A stretch of 64,000 nt of DNA from Eledone cirrhosa (Eukaryota), in the NCBI GenBank assembly GCA_964016885.1, contig OZ024751.1, forward strand, positions 5,890,001-5,954,000, in the 5' to 3' direction. The notes below the pieces were generated by a model. It saw only the letters and a list, made by a program, of their open reading frames with translations, was not told the origin of the DNA and ran no database searches. Positions 22,772 through 34,900 of the stretch are shown here, in pieces. The stretch's first letter is position 1, and every line of letters begins with the position of its first letter. A program made the translations under genes and the position numbers.

Positions 22772-23834
22772 ATTAATCATTTGAATCGTACAAGTCCTTG
22801 ACTTTTTAAATTATCGTGTTGAATAATTTAAATTATTTATTATTCCTATGGATTATTATCAGATTAAGATAGGCAAACAAAATGTAAAAGAATATCCCAG
22901 TTTCTTCCATTATTTCCATTCAAACGTGATGTATTTTCACATCGAATTTTTTATTTGATATTGTTTTGTTATTCTGGAATCAAGAATTTTCTATTTTTAT
23001 ATGTTATCCGATTCTTGCTCCAATCTGTGTACTAACATCATTATTTATTAATTACTCACACATTCTTTTTAATTTTGTTGTAATTATATATAGCCGGCTC
23101 TCCATTTAAAGCTTCATTGTTTAAATTGAAAGTAACAAGAACACAATAAAAAAAAACAAAACATTTATCATCTTCTTTCGAAATGGGGAAGTAACAGAAA
23201 AAAAGGGATCCTAAAACTGTGGAAAACAAACGGAATAAAAGTAATTGTAAAATTAGTATTGGAAAATTATTTAACTTCTAATCTCATACATTTGTTTCAA
23301 TTTTCCTTCTGTAACTGCCAATTGATTTTATGCTTTGGTTCAGGAAAAAATTCCGAAGCAACTTGATACATCCGTTATAGAGTATTTTTTCTGTTTTTGC
23401 TCTGATTTCTGCAGTTGTTAATTTTCAGGATATTAATGGTTTAACATAACATAATCTCATTATATATTACCAATTTTGTAGATTTTATGGCATCCACCAA
23501 ATGAAGGAATCATCTGTCATATTGTAACGAAGGAAGACAATTTACACTTGAGAATGAAGCCCATAGATTTGAGAGGATAAAATCTACAACAAAATGAAAG
23601 TCTGTGGTATTCTAGAAAAAGGTATTTTCTGTACATCATGACTGGGGACAATCAGTGCCTCATTTTAATCACTTTATTTAGTAGAGGAAGAGTTACAGTA
23701 CAGTTGTAATACTTCAGGACAAAATTAAAGCCACTCATAAAAACAACAACAACAACAACAACATATCAGGAAGGGAAGAATCTAGCTTTTCATGAGAGCA
23801 GATTAGAAATATGACGCTCACTTTACTGAAAAAG

Positions 23835-23890
23835 GGCTTTCTGATGATTTATTACGAATGAAACAGTTCTAGTCCTGAGATGTCATTTCT
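23835..23890 (+). ncRNA. Degenerate family D hammerhead
   Basis: CTGATGA-TTTattacGAAT-GAAA-CAG ttctagtc CTG; the cleavage dinucleotide is missing. Confidence 0.5.
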
Positions 23891-24018
23891 ATAATAAAAT
23901 AAATATGCCTATTCTTTATTAATGTATTGACTACTTTATGCACACACACAGATATATATAAATATACACACAAACACACACACATATATATATAAATATA
24001 TATATATACACATATATC

Positions 24019-24054
<36 letters not shown>

Positions 24055-24097
24055 CATATATCCACACATACATATATATATAATAGAATATATAATA

Positions 24098-24781
24098 CTA
24101 GCAGAATGGCCGGGCGTTGCTCGGAATTCTAAACATAGATTGGCATGTTTATCCCTCCTTTCTGAAACAGTACAGTGAAGTACGAAATACCTCGGCCTCG
24201 AGATGGTGTGTACATTTTGTGCTTATAAAAAAAAATCGTCGTAGATTACCAGCGGTTTAACTTAATTGGGTGCCTGAGAGTAAAATGTTCAACCCACGAA
24301 AGCCAAGACGACAGGGTTAAGTAAAAAGGCATTCGACAAACCGAACATGTATTTGTTGTGCTATGGTACAATGAAAGCAATAGTTACAGAACAGTTAAAA
24401 AAATCAATCTGTTAACGCAGAATTAAATATTTCGAAAAACGTTACACACTATATATATACACACACTATATATACACACACAGATAGCGAAGTCAATGTT
24501 TCCATAATATAGTAATGCAGACGGCCAGACATACACACAGGTATTATAAGGGCGCGATGTTATAGCTATGTATATATCTATAACGACAGAGTAAGAAAGA
24601 GATGGATCGCTAACCGGCGCCTAATGCGGTCCCTAGGACATTGAAAATTTGAAATATTATTTGCTCAAAACACTCAGACGACCATAAGTATTACATATGT
24701 AAAGTTTGAAAAAAATTGGTAGGGTGGTTCTAGAGTTTAAGAAGGACAGACAGACAGACATTCTCTGTTTTAGATATTAGA
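24098..24781 (-). mobile_element. Non-autonomous Helitron
   Basis: Minus strand begins TCTAATATCTAAAACAGAGAATGTCTGTCTG and ends with hairpin CCGAGC AAC GCCCGG plus CTAG. Inserted in A|T with no TSD. Confidence 0.8.
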
Positions 24782-25006
24782 TAATTAAAATTTCATACAT
24801 TAGACATATATGCGTGACCTTAGGGTTTCCAGTTATACCCACCACTGTGTAGTAGAGGAGCCGTTTAAATGTTGTTCTCTCATCGAGCGCCAGGGCAAAA
24901 TGAGCTTTCTTGCACCAGATTGTTTTTCATGGCCCTTTATCTACGGATATCCTGTTTATATATCATATATGTTTGGTTTGTTTCATTTATCAACTATATT
25001 TATATA

Positions 25007-25380
25007 TTTAATATAGGAATGGCTTCGACAGGACAAGAGCTGTTTCATTCGAAGGACATCATCAGGAAAGTCGACTATCGATGTGATATAGATGGTATTT
25101 ATACATTTTCTGTTGTTAAGGGAAGGTGGTGATTGGGATGGGGGGGGGGGGAGGTCATTGGCTGATGGATTTAAAGAAAGGGGATTCTTCTAAATTTTTC
25201 AAAGTATCCCCATTCTTTAAATCCCTCAGTCAATGACCTCCGCCCATCCCAATCACCACCTTCCCTTACCAACAGAAAATGTATAAATACCATCTATATC
25301 ACATTGACAGTCGGCTTTCCTGGTGATTTCTTTCGAATGAAGCATTTCTAGTCCTGTAGAAGGTATTTCTATATTAAATA
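25007..25380. mobile_element. Family D fold-back element with HHR (25022-25071 -; decayed + copy ~25314-25364)
   Basis: ~180-bp inverted arms centred ~25198. Minus reads TTTC-CTGATGA-T...T-GAAA-CAG ctcttgtc CTG-TC-GAAG. Confidence 0.7.
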
Positions 25381-25442
25381 TTTATACTCTGCTATATATT
25401 GAGCGCCTTACTTACTATGGTTACCCCCGATTGAACCGCGGA

Positions 25443-25620
<178 letters not shown>

Positions 25621-25634
25621 CATACAAATATAAA

Positions 25635-26230
25635 TTTAGCGAGAATCGCATTTCGGCGGGTAGAAATTAGCGAAACGTAACTTCCTTATTGTGTAGACAA
25701 GTGCTCTATGGATATGGAGATACCAGAGCTATAAACATAAGTTAAAATGGTCATACAAACTGAGATGATGGTTAAGAAGCCATTAACCACCTGAGCCAAA
25801 AAAGCGAACAAGCTAAACGGGTCAAACAAAATAAGATATGATTGAAATAGTTACCTGGACCTTCGGAAAAGATGATATACTCCGATATAGGGTTTCTGCG
25901 ACACCTAAATCAATAATACTGTCTGCTTAGAAAAAAATAATAAGCTTTTGGTATAATGCTCGATCAAGGAATCACTTTCTGAACAGGCATTTTGTTCTTC
26001 GTACGCCAGAATCTCACAGGTTAAGAAAGCACATGTGAGGTTCTAAGGGGAGAAAACCCCTATTTTGGCCAGTGAACAGCAATGTGTAGTTATTGCAAAA
26101 ATTTGCAAAAATAGCACAAAACGAATTAAGCTATCGACCGAGTTGTTTATAAAATACACTTAAGCGATTAATCAGTCAATAGAATTAACTAAAAGCCCCC
26201 TCAAAAATTAACTGGTTAATCGCTTGATAA
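25635..26230 (-). mobile_element. Diverged family C copy (HHR-like 25852-25989)
   Basis: Reverse-complement homology to 21730-22320. GCCTG-TTCAGAA-A-GTGAT...GTCGC-A-GAAA-CCCT...AAGG-TC-CAGGT. Confidence 0.65.
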
Positions 26231-26460
26231 TACATATATATATATATATATATCTCAGACGACATATAGCCTGTCATTTAAACTCATCTGCTCATACCTT
26301 TCCCACATCTCATTCAAGGCTTTCATTTATCATCATGGCTACTCCACTTCTTTTTATTACCAGGGGCAGCTTCTCCCTTTTCAACCTGGATTCTCTTTTT
26401 TTCTAGTATGAGCAGTTTAGTGGCATTTAATTAACTGCGGCTTAACACTCTGTCATTTCG

Positions 26461-26675
26461 CACCACACCAGACCACTACACACCATACCACACCACTCCA
26501 TACCACATCACTCCACACCACACTACTCCACACCATACCACACCACTCCATACCACATCACTCCACACCATACCACTCCACACCACACCACTTCACACCA
26601 CACAACACCACTCCACACCATACCACTCCACAGCACAGCACACCACTCCAAACCACACCACTCCACACCACACCA
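26461..26675. repeat. CACCA/CTCCA/TACCA pentamer-based minisatellite
   Basis: Direct inspection. Confidence 0.9.
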
Positions 26676-26684
26676 ATCCAATCC

Positions 26685-27063
26685 TATGTCACTTTACATC
26701 CTGAGTTCAAATCCTGCCAAGGTTAGTTTTGCCTTTCCATAAAATAAAGCACCAGTGACGCACTGCAGTCGATTTAAACGATTTCCCCCACCTCCCAAAT
26801 TGCTGTACCTGTGTCTAAATACGAAATCATTATGAGGGCAGTGGATTGCCAATATCGGTAGAGCATCGAACAACATGCTTCGCCTCATTCAGTTACGGCG
26901 CTTTAAGTTCTGAGTTCAAATCCCACGGAGGTTAGCTTTACCATTCATCTTTACGGGGTCGATAAAATAAAGCACCAGTAATGCACTGAGATCGATTTAA
27001 TCAACTTTCCCGTCTCCCCAAATTGCTGGCCTTGTGTCTAAATTAGAAACAATTATTATTATT
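26685..27063 (+). mobile_element. Two tandem tRNA-SINE copies (26685-26833 partial, 26835-27063)
   Basis: Two GAGTTCAAATCC B boxes, shared body, and TTA tails. Confidence 0.8.
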
Positions 27064-27658
27064 GCTGTTGTTGTTGCTTCTGTTATTATTATTTTCATCA
27101 TCATCATCATCAACAAAATTTTCATCAAGTTAATATATATAATTTTTTTAGTAAAACAGGTCAGTGCTACATATTGCTACAAAATTTAATATTTAGAAAA
27201 AGTAATTAAATCGTCTACCGAGCAATTAATAATTGAGGTATTTGCTATTTAAATAAATAAAATAAAATAAAATAGACCACATTGATAATTTATTATCGAA
27301 CTTCGTGTGGATTTTATCTTATTTTTGTTTACGATAATTATTTTAATTTAAGTATTAAATTTATTATTGATTTTTGTTCAGCTTAACCTAATCAAAATAG
27401 AAATTAGCATTTCTGCCCACCCCATGATGCATTGCAACACCTAACAATTACTCTAATGAGGAAAACATGTTCAACATCTCCGTGTTAGATTCAGTTTAAT
27501 ACAGAAACAATATCTCCATACACTCGCAGTCAAAGTCTAAAACTACATATAGGCACACATCTGTATGTGTATATACACACACATATATATATATATATGT
27601 ATACATACACACACGCGCGGCATATATATATATATATTTATTTATATTTATATTTATA

Positions 27659-27690
<32 letters not shown>

Positions 27691-27923
27691 GAAGGTGCAA
27701 GCAGTCGAAGAGTACGGTAAAGTTTTATTTGTACAGTCAATAAAACTACATACAGACACACATGTGTATATAAATATATGTACACGCACACACTCATACT
27801 CATACACACACTGAAAGACACAAACACATTCAAATACACACACACACACACATATATATATTACTTAGACAACGTAAGATAAACACAAACATAAACAGAA
27901 GGGGAATTCATACAGCGACTTTG

Positions 27924-27980
<57 letters not shown>

Positions 27981-27982
<2 letters not shown>

Positions 27983-29147
27983 TATATTATATTTTGAGAT
28001 TAAACTCTCAGTCGTTTACAATAAATCAGCTCCAAGAAACGGGCATTTCCAAGCAGTTAAATACATTAATATATATGATAAACACAAAACGTGTTTGCAT
28101 TGTAACAGACAAAGTTAGCTATCAATGAAATAAACTAATTAAAGTGAATACAATTTGTCTGTCACGATATAAGTCAATAAAGACAAGCTTATATTGGCAA
28201 AGGCCGTGATTCCTGGACAAATCCAAATTTCAAAATCCAAACCCGCTTCGTAGATGAATTTGAACTTCGAAACTTAAATATGTTTCGCAACGATGGTACA
28301 TGAATCGAAAAATAAAGAGAATCGAAATGGAATTGAAATAAAAAGTGAAATACCCAAATCTTCTGTGCTTATCAACAGGAATCCAGTAAAATTAGTATAT
28401 TTCACCATCAAACATTTTGCAGGTCTGACTACACGTGTGTGTAGCCAGGCCAAACTAGCCGTCCCGCATTCCCGGTGCTAGAAATAACAGCCGTTTATGC
28501 GGGATTAAAGATCAGCTCTACAGTTAAGGAGCAATATACTATATTATATTATTACAATGGAAACACGTTTTGTGTTTATCATATATATTAATGTATTTAA
28601 CTGCTCGGAAATGCCTCTTTCTTGGAGCTGATTTATTGTAAATGACTGAGAGTTTAATCTCAAAATATAATATAGTATATTGCTCCTTAACTGTAGAGCT
28701 GATCTTTAATCCCGCATAAACGGCTGTTATTTCTAGCACCGGGAATGCGGGACGGCTAGTTTGTCCTGGCTACACACACGTGTAGTCAGACCTGCAAAAT
28801 TTTTGATGGTGAAATATACTAATTTTACTGGATTCCTGTTGATAAGCACAGAAGATTTGGGTATTTCACTTTTTATTTCAATTCCATTCCGATTCTCTTT
28901 ATTTTTCAATTCATGTACCATCGTTGCGAAACATATTTAAGTTTCGAAGTTCAAATTCATCTACGGAGCGGGTTTGGATTTTGAAATTTGGATTTGTCCA
29001 GGAATCACGGCCTTTGCCAATATAAGCTTGTCTTTATTGACTTATATCGTGACAGACAAATTGTATTCACTTTAATTAGTTTATTTCATTGATAGCTAAC
29101 TTTGTCTGTTACAATGCAAACACGTTTTGTGTTTATCAAATATATTA

Positions 29148-29153
<6 letters not shown>
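27981..29153. mobile_element. Two opposed, differently permuted copies of a 557-bp non-coding unit
   Basis: Left copy repeats its start at 27981 / 28538. Right copy (reverse) repeats its start at 28552 / 29109. Both periods are 557 bp. (TA)n flanks. Confidence 0.85.
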
Positions 29154-29231
<78 letters not shown>

Positions 29232-29248
29232 TTATATATTTATATATA

Positions 29249-30290
29249 TAACGAAGGAGTTGTGGTAAGGAACCAGATGGACCATAACGCACCAGAGTAC
29301 TCAATACTTAGGCTAGTAGAGTGGGTAATAGGAAAATGTATGACCCAGACGGCAGAGCTCAAGCCGTTTTGACGGCTATTTCTGGACTAAATTAGAATTT
29401 TTAGCCTGGTAAATAAATAGCCGAACTTTTCAAGGGTACTTCCTTATATGGGAAGATTGTAGTTGTCAACATTTCTTGTAAACTCAATTAGATCTATCAT
29501 GGCAGTGGGTGGCAGGTGTTGGTGACCTGTAGAGCAATGAGGGAGTGGGCGGAGCCGGTCAAGCGTTGAAAGTGAAATCTATACCCAAAATTCTAAGGAT
29601 TGTGTATGCAAGTAGGCCAGAGGAAGTAGGCGACAAAGGGTTCTGGAGAAAATAGAGGAGGGACCTTATAGAATTGCTAAATCAAATGAGATTTGGAGAC
29701 AATAAAAAAAAATAAGAGAAAGATATATAAAAATATAAAATTGGATAGTAAGAAGTGATAAAAATAAAACCTGTTGAGTCTAAAACAGCTGCTATATTTA
29801 GTTGGTGTTGCTTTTTCTGCCAATGCTATAGAATAGGTTAATAAGTTGAGAATAGAAGATTCTAAATAAGAATTTTTAAAATAATAGAATTGGGTAGCAA
29901 AAAGTAATACAAAATCTCTGGGGTCTAACACAGCTGCCATCATTCGTTAGTATTGCGTTTTCAGCCAGTGCTATCTATAATTCACTGGGGTGAGGGTACT
30001 GAGGGTACAGAGGCCCAATGGACTGCCTCGGGGTGGGCGAAAGGGGAAAAAGAAAAGGAAAAAGATCGGGAGTGGAAGGAAGTGATAGGAGGAGATAAAG
30101 AGAAGAAGAAAACAGACAGGAAAAGAAGAGGTACATCTACCTATATAAGCTGGGGTTTCTCCTACTTTATTCGGCAAGTGGGATGTTTTAGCCATTGTCT
30201 ACCCACCCGGGTCGTTAGGGGGTTTGAGGGTGAGGTAGGTCATACGCAAAGGGTGTTTGCATGCAGTTACCAGTTTGACTTTTTTGTTCC
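29249..30290 (-). mobile_element. Family B Naiad 3' end/pLTR with HHR 29343-29437 (G12A)
   Basis: Reverse homology to 5730-6802, including LVTACK..KPPNDPGG*. Confidence 0.85.
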
Positions 30291-30479
30291 CAGAGTATAC
30301 ACATAGTTATTCGCTTCAATACAACACACGTGAACGAGTGCCTATAGTAGTTCCCGGACTCGAGTTTCGGCCACACCAAATGCAGCAGTAGGGTGCACTG
30401 CACCCTCTGCTTGGATATATTATGCAACAATGCATAATCGGCGCATGTGGCTTCATATATATATATTTATATATATAAA

Positions 30480-30501
30480 GAGAGAGAGAGAGAGAGAGAG
30501 G

Positions 30502-30583
<82 letters not shown>
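30480..30583. repeat. (GA)n microsatellite
   Basis: Direct inspection. Confidence 0.95.
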
Positions 30584-30586
<3 letters not shown>

Positions 30587-31440
30587 AAGCTATTGCTTCA
30601 AACTTCTTATATAAATACTTGAGTTTATTCGCAATGATTGGCTGTATTCCAAAATCTACTTGTAGCGGGTTATAGTTTAGCCATCATTTCTCATTTTGTG
30701 TTTTATGATACTTTTTTTTTACGTCTTCGTTATTTATGTTTATCACTTTGTCAATTCATTTAGACAAATTTCTAAATTTCCTAATTCAGTACATCCTTAT
30801 ATTTGATCTTCCATTATAACAGAACCCCTTCTCACGAATTTAATTTCGTAAAGCAAAACGAGCATTTTAAATCAGAAAAGATATTTGTAATTGAAATCTT
30901 TTGTAATGAAGTTAACAAAAGAACTTCTTTCGTAGAATATATTCTCGACGCCTCCTATTGCCTGAATGAATTATATGCTATTTATTTGAATTTATATATT
31001 TATATGCCGAACCATTACAATGTAAAGGAAAGCTTTACTATAATAAAGATTATATATTATGTGAGAAAAGACATTATCTATTGTTATCAGCTCTCGCCAC
31101 AATATCAAAGTACATTCTACTGGCGTCTAGTATCCTTTACTTCAAAGTAACTTATATTTTCGTTTGTATCTTTGATTTTACGATCATTCAACCACACCGG
31201 ATGTTTCACATTAAATACTGATTCATCTCAATCTCAGTGTTTACCTACTTGCTGAATTTAAAATAATATTCAACATTTATAAGAGATAAACCGAGGCAAC
31301 ATATGTCTTTATTATCTGTATATAAGCACTCTATGAAATAATATGTAACATTTACGAAGTGTTCATTGTATGATAATATGATAGGCCTCTGACAATTTCA
31401 CTCATACCACCCTACGATATATATACATATATATGTATAA

Positions 31441-31903
31441 TCTCCTTATAATATATAACCAGCAATTTCTCTGTCTGTCTGTCCGACGCGTAGAGAGAGA
31501 GAGTGAGAGTGAAAGAAAGAGACAGACTACAAGAGGGGGATAGCGGGAGGGAGAGAGAGAAAGCTATGTCTTGCTGTCTGCATTACGATACATATATATA
31601 TACACACACACACTGAGCGCGTCATAATGACGTAATGCAGACAGCCAGACATACAGACAGATATTATAAGGGCGCAACGTTATATCTATGTATCTATCTA
31701 TAAAGAAAGACTAAGAATTATATAGAGGGAACGCTAAATCGCCTAATGCGGTCCCTAGGACATTGAAAATTTGAAATAATTTTTGCTCAAAACACTCACA
31801 GGACCATAAGTATTACATGTCTAAAGTTTGAAAACAATCGGTTGGATGATTCTCAAGTTTTAGTGAGCTGACAGACAGACATTCTCTGTTTTAGATATAT
31901 AGA
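31441..31903 (-). mobile_element. Non-autonomous Helitron 5' portion
   Basis: ~31620-31903 is homologous to ~24500-24781. The TC terminus lies at 31903 on the minus strand. Confidence 0.7.
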
Positions 31904-31938
31904 CTAGCAGAAAACCGCCCCGGGTGGTTTTCTGCTAG

Positions 31939-34900
31939 TCTATATATATAAAACAGAAGATGTCTGTCTGTTTGTGTAACCGCATGCATTTCTACATTTT
32001 ACAACCGATTTGCACCAAATTTCATACATAGGTTTCTGAAGTCCTATTACGCGTCGTCGGCTATTTTATTTTTCGGTACATCTACTCTGGGGACCCTCAG
32101 GGACAGGTAGCCGCCTTAAGCCTCTCCCTTCGACTTATCTATTGAAGTTCACATTAACACTGTATTAGTACCTGATAACTTTTTAAGTTTACGTTCGATC
32201 TTCGTTTTCACTTTCAAAACAACAATCATCTTCGGATGAAATTTCAGAAATGTAAACATCTGATTCATTTGAAGATAAATCACTAATATTATCTTTTGTT
32301 TCTTGTTCATTTTGAATGTCGTCGTGTGTAAAAACTTGAAAGTCGGTATCGCTACTTTCATAAGCAATGTTGATACAAACAAAAAATCTATTCTACTTTC
32401 AACGTTAAAAAAACACGTGTTGTTTTAAGTTGTTTCACTATATTAAGTGTTAATTGTCGCGGTAAGGGCCTAATCTCTCAGTAACCTCGAATTGACGAGA
32501 TTTTGATGACGGTATTGTTTATTTTTAGAACGATATTTAAGTGTGGGTGTTACGGCGGTTTTGGGCGGTTTGAACAAATAAAGGGGAAATAATTCCGGCC
32601 GGTTTGAACAAATAAAGGGGAAATAATTCCGGCCGGTTTGAACACTAAAGGGTTAAAGGAGGTTTAGTTAATGTGTTTATGGTTCCAGTTTATCATGCTG
32701 TGATTTTTCGGCCATTTTTGCCTGTATCCTTTCAATGGTTAGTACTTACTTTGCGTTGCCCCTAACTTAAAACCTGAAATTTGACTGGTACACAATATCT
32801 TGCAAAATATATCCACTTTCTCAGACCACATAGATTTATCATATTTTTTCACAATTTATATCCGTGTTTTATTGCTTACTTAAACGTTTATTGTTCACTA
32901 TTTATCGTTCTCCCTGGTTAATTTTCTAGAAACAATGCGCCCCAAGAAAAGAACTCTCATTGTTCGATTATCTAATGATGCAAGTAGGTCAAAGCGAAGG
33001 CGTAAATGCAACTGCGATCAGGCTCTCACTGAATGCTGTGCAGACGGCAGCTGCAAGAGCGGAGGAGGATGACAGTCGGCGTGAACTTCGACGGAACAAA
33101 AGTGCTGCCGCGACTGCTGCTGCTCGCGCACGAGAGGATGAAGGATGACGTGCCGTTCGACGTAGCAGGGATGCCGCTGCAACATTTGCTGCTCGCGCAT
33201 GAGAGGATGAAGGACGACGCGCCATTCGACGAAGCAGGAACGCCACTGCCACTGCTTCTGCACGAAATACTGAAACCATAGAGCAACGACGTGGCCGTCT
33301 TCTGCAAAGTGAACAGCGGTGATCATCGTTACATGGCATTTCTAGGACTTGCAATTCACGATGGTTGTTGAAGGCCTTTAACTACGACCCCTCCTCGGAC
33401 TACGTCGTCCATGCAGATATTCAAATTGGGGAAATGACCTCTACTTGCTAGTTTTGTCGTACGAAAAAGTGGCCAGGGGAGAGAGATGGAATGTGTTGTT
33501 CAAACGATAAAGTTAGACTACCTCCTATTCGCGACTCTCCAGAGACATTGCAACTCCTTTTGACAGACACGACGAGGGAATCATCGAGGTTTCTGCGTAA
33601 TATCCGCCGCTACAATTCCGCGTTTCAGATGACATCTTTCGGAACGTGGGTTCATGCCAACTTTCAAGGTCCAGGGGCAGATTTACCACTTGATTGGATG
33701 TATGCAGCCTATAGAAAGGATCCTCAATTTCTTCAGTCATACTTCGTTGGAAACTATCAGGAGCAGGCAGAGATGCGAAATTCTATTTGGTCCGAAACTA
33801 ACATTGGAACCAGAATAAAACTTCAAGAAATGCTCACGAGAAAAACAGCTATGTTCGCAGTTTCAAGTACGCTTTGGAAACAGCTACCGACCAAAACTTT
33901 AGTGTGGTCATACATGCTGACCGAAGGCCATCTGGAGAACACGCTGGTCGGTTCAACGCACCAACATGTAATGAGATTGCTGCGGTTATTTGTGGTGAAC
34001 AGCACAACAAGAGAGATATCATTCTAAAGCACCGAGACAGCACATTACAGCGTATGAGACACACAGGTCCTACAATGCACTCCAGTATCCATTGCTATTT
34101 ATCAACGGCGAGGACGGATACCATTTCGGCATTCCTCAACATTCGGCAGGCAATGGTGAGGCACATCTTAGGAAAACTTTCACCTGCATGGATTTTGTAT
34201 GCTTTGCGATTTATGGTAAGGGACAATTCATTCAACCACCTACACCGTTCTCGTGACCTTTTCCAACAATTTGCTGTTCATATGGCCGTTAAAATGGAGT
34301 CCGAGAGATTATGGTTCATTAAATTAAATAAAAAGAAACTTCGATCTGAATGCTACATTCATCTATGCGATGGAATTAACAACGACTTATCCCCAGACAA
34401 TTTAGGGCAAGTGTGTATTTTGCCTTCAGCGTTCACAGGGGGACCCCGATACATGCACCTGAGGACTCAGGACGCCATAACCTACGTACGATATTATGGG
34501 CGCCCCGACATTTTCATAACGTTTACATGCAATCCCAAGTGGAGGGAGATTACAAATGAACTGTTCCACGGTCAAGCGCCAAGACACAGGCACGATCTCA
34601 TAGCAAGAGTGTTTCGCCTGAAATTATCCAGATTAATGGATTTATTAAAGAAAGGACAGGTTTTTGGGTCTGTCAGGTGCAACATGTACACGGTTGAATG
34701 GGAGAAACGAGGGCTGCCGCATGCCCATATCTTGATTTGGTTGGTTACAAAAATCAGTTCAAACTACATCAACAAATTCATTTCTGCCGAACTAACTGAT
34801 CTGTCGATTGACAAGGACCTCTTCTCTATAGTCACATCAAACTGAGTCCATGGTCCTCGTGGACATGGACTCAATATGAAGTCCCCGTGCATACACGACG

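Noticed and set aside
23482-23580. Possible host terminal exon (TTTTGTAG then FYGHPPNEGIICHIV...*)
   Set aside because: No recognisable homology or supporting upstream exons; would need RNA-seq.
28293-28481. 62-aa ORF repeated at 28733-28921 (-)
   Set aside because: Preserved only because the two copies are nearly identical; no domain features.
28476-28490. GCTAGAAATAAC resembling an sgRNA scaffold or CRISPR
   Set aside because: A short GAAA-loop coincidence in eukaryotic DNA; no array or cas genes.
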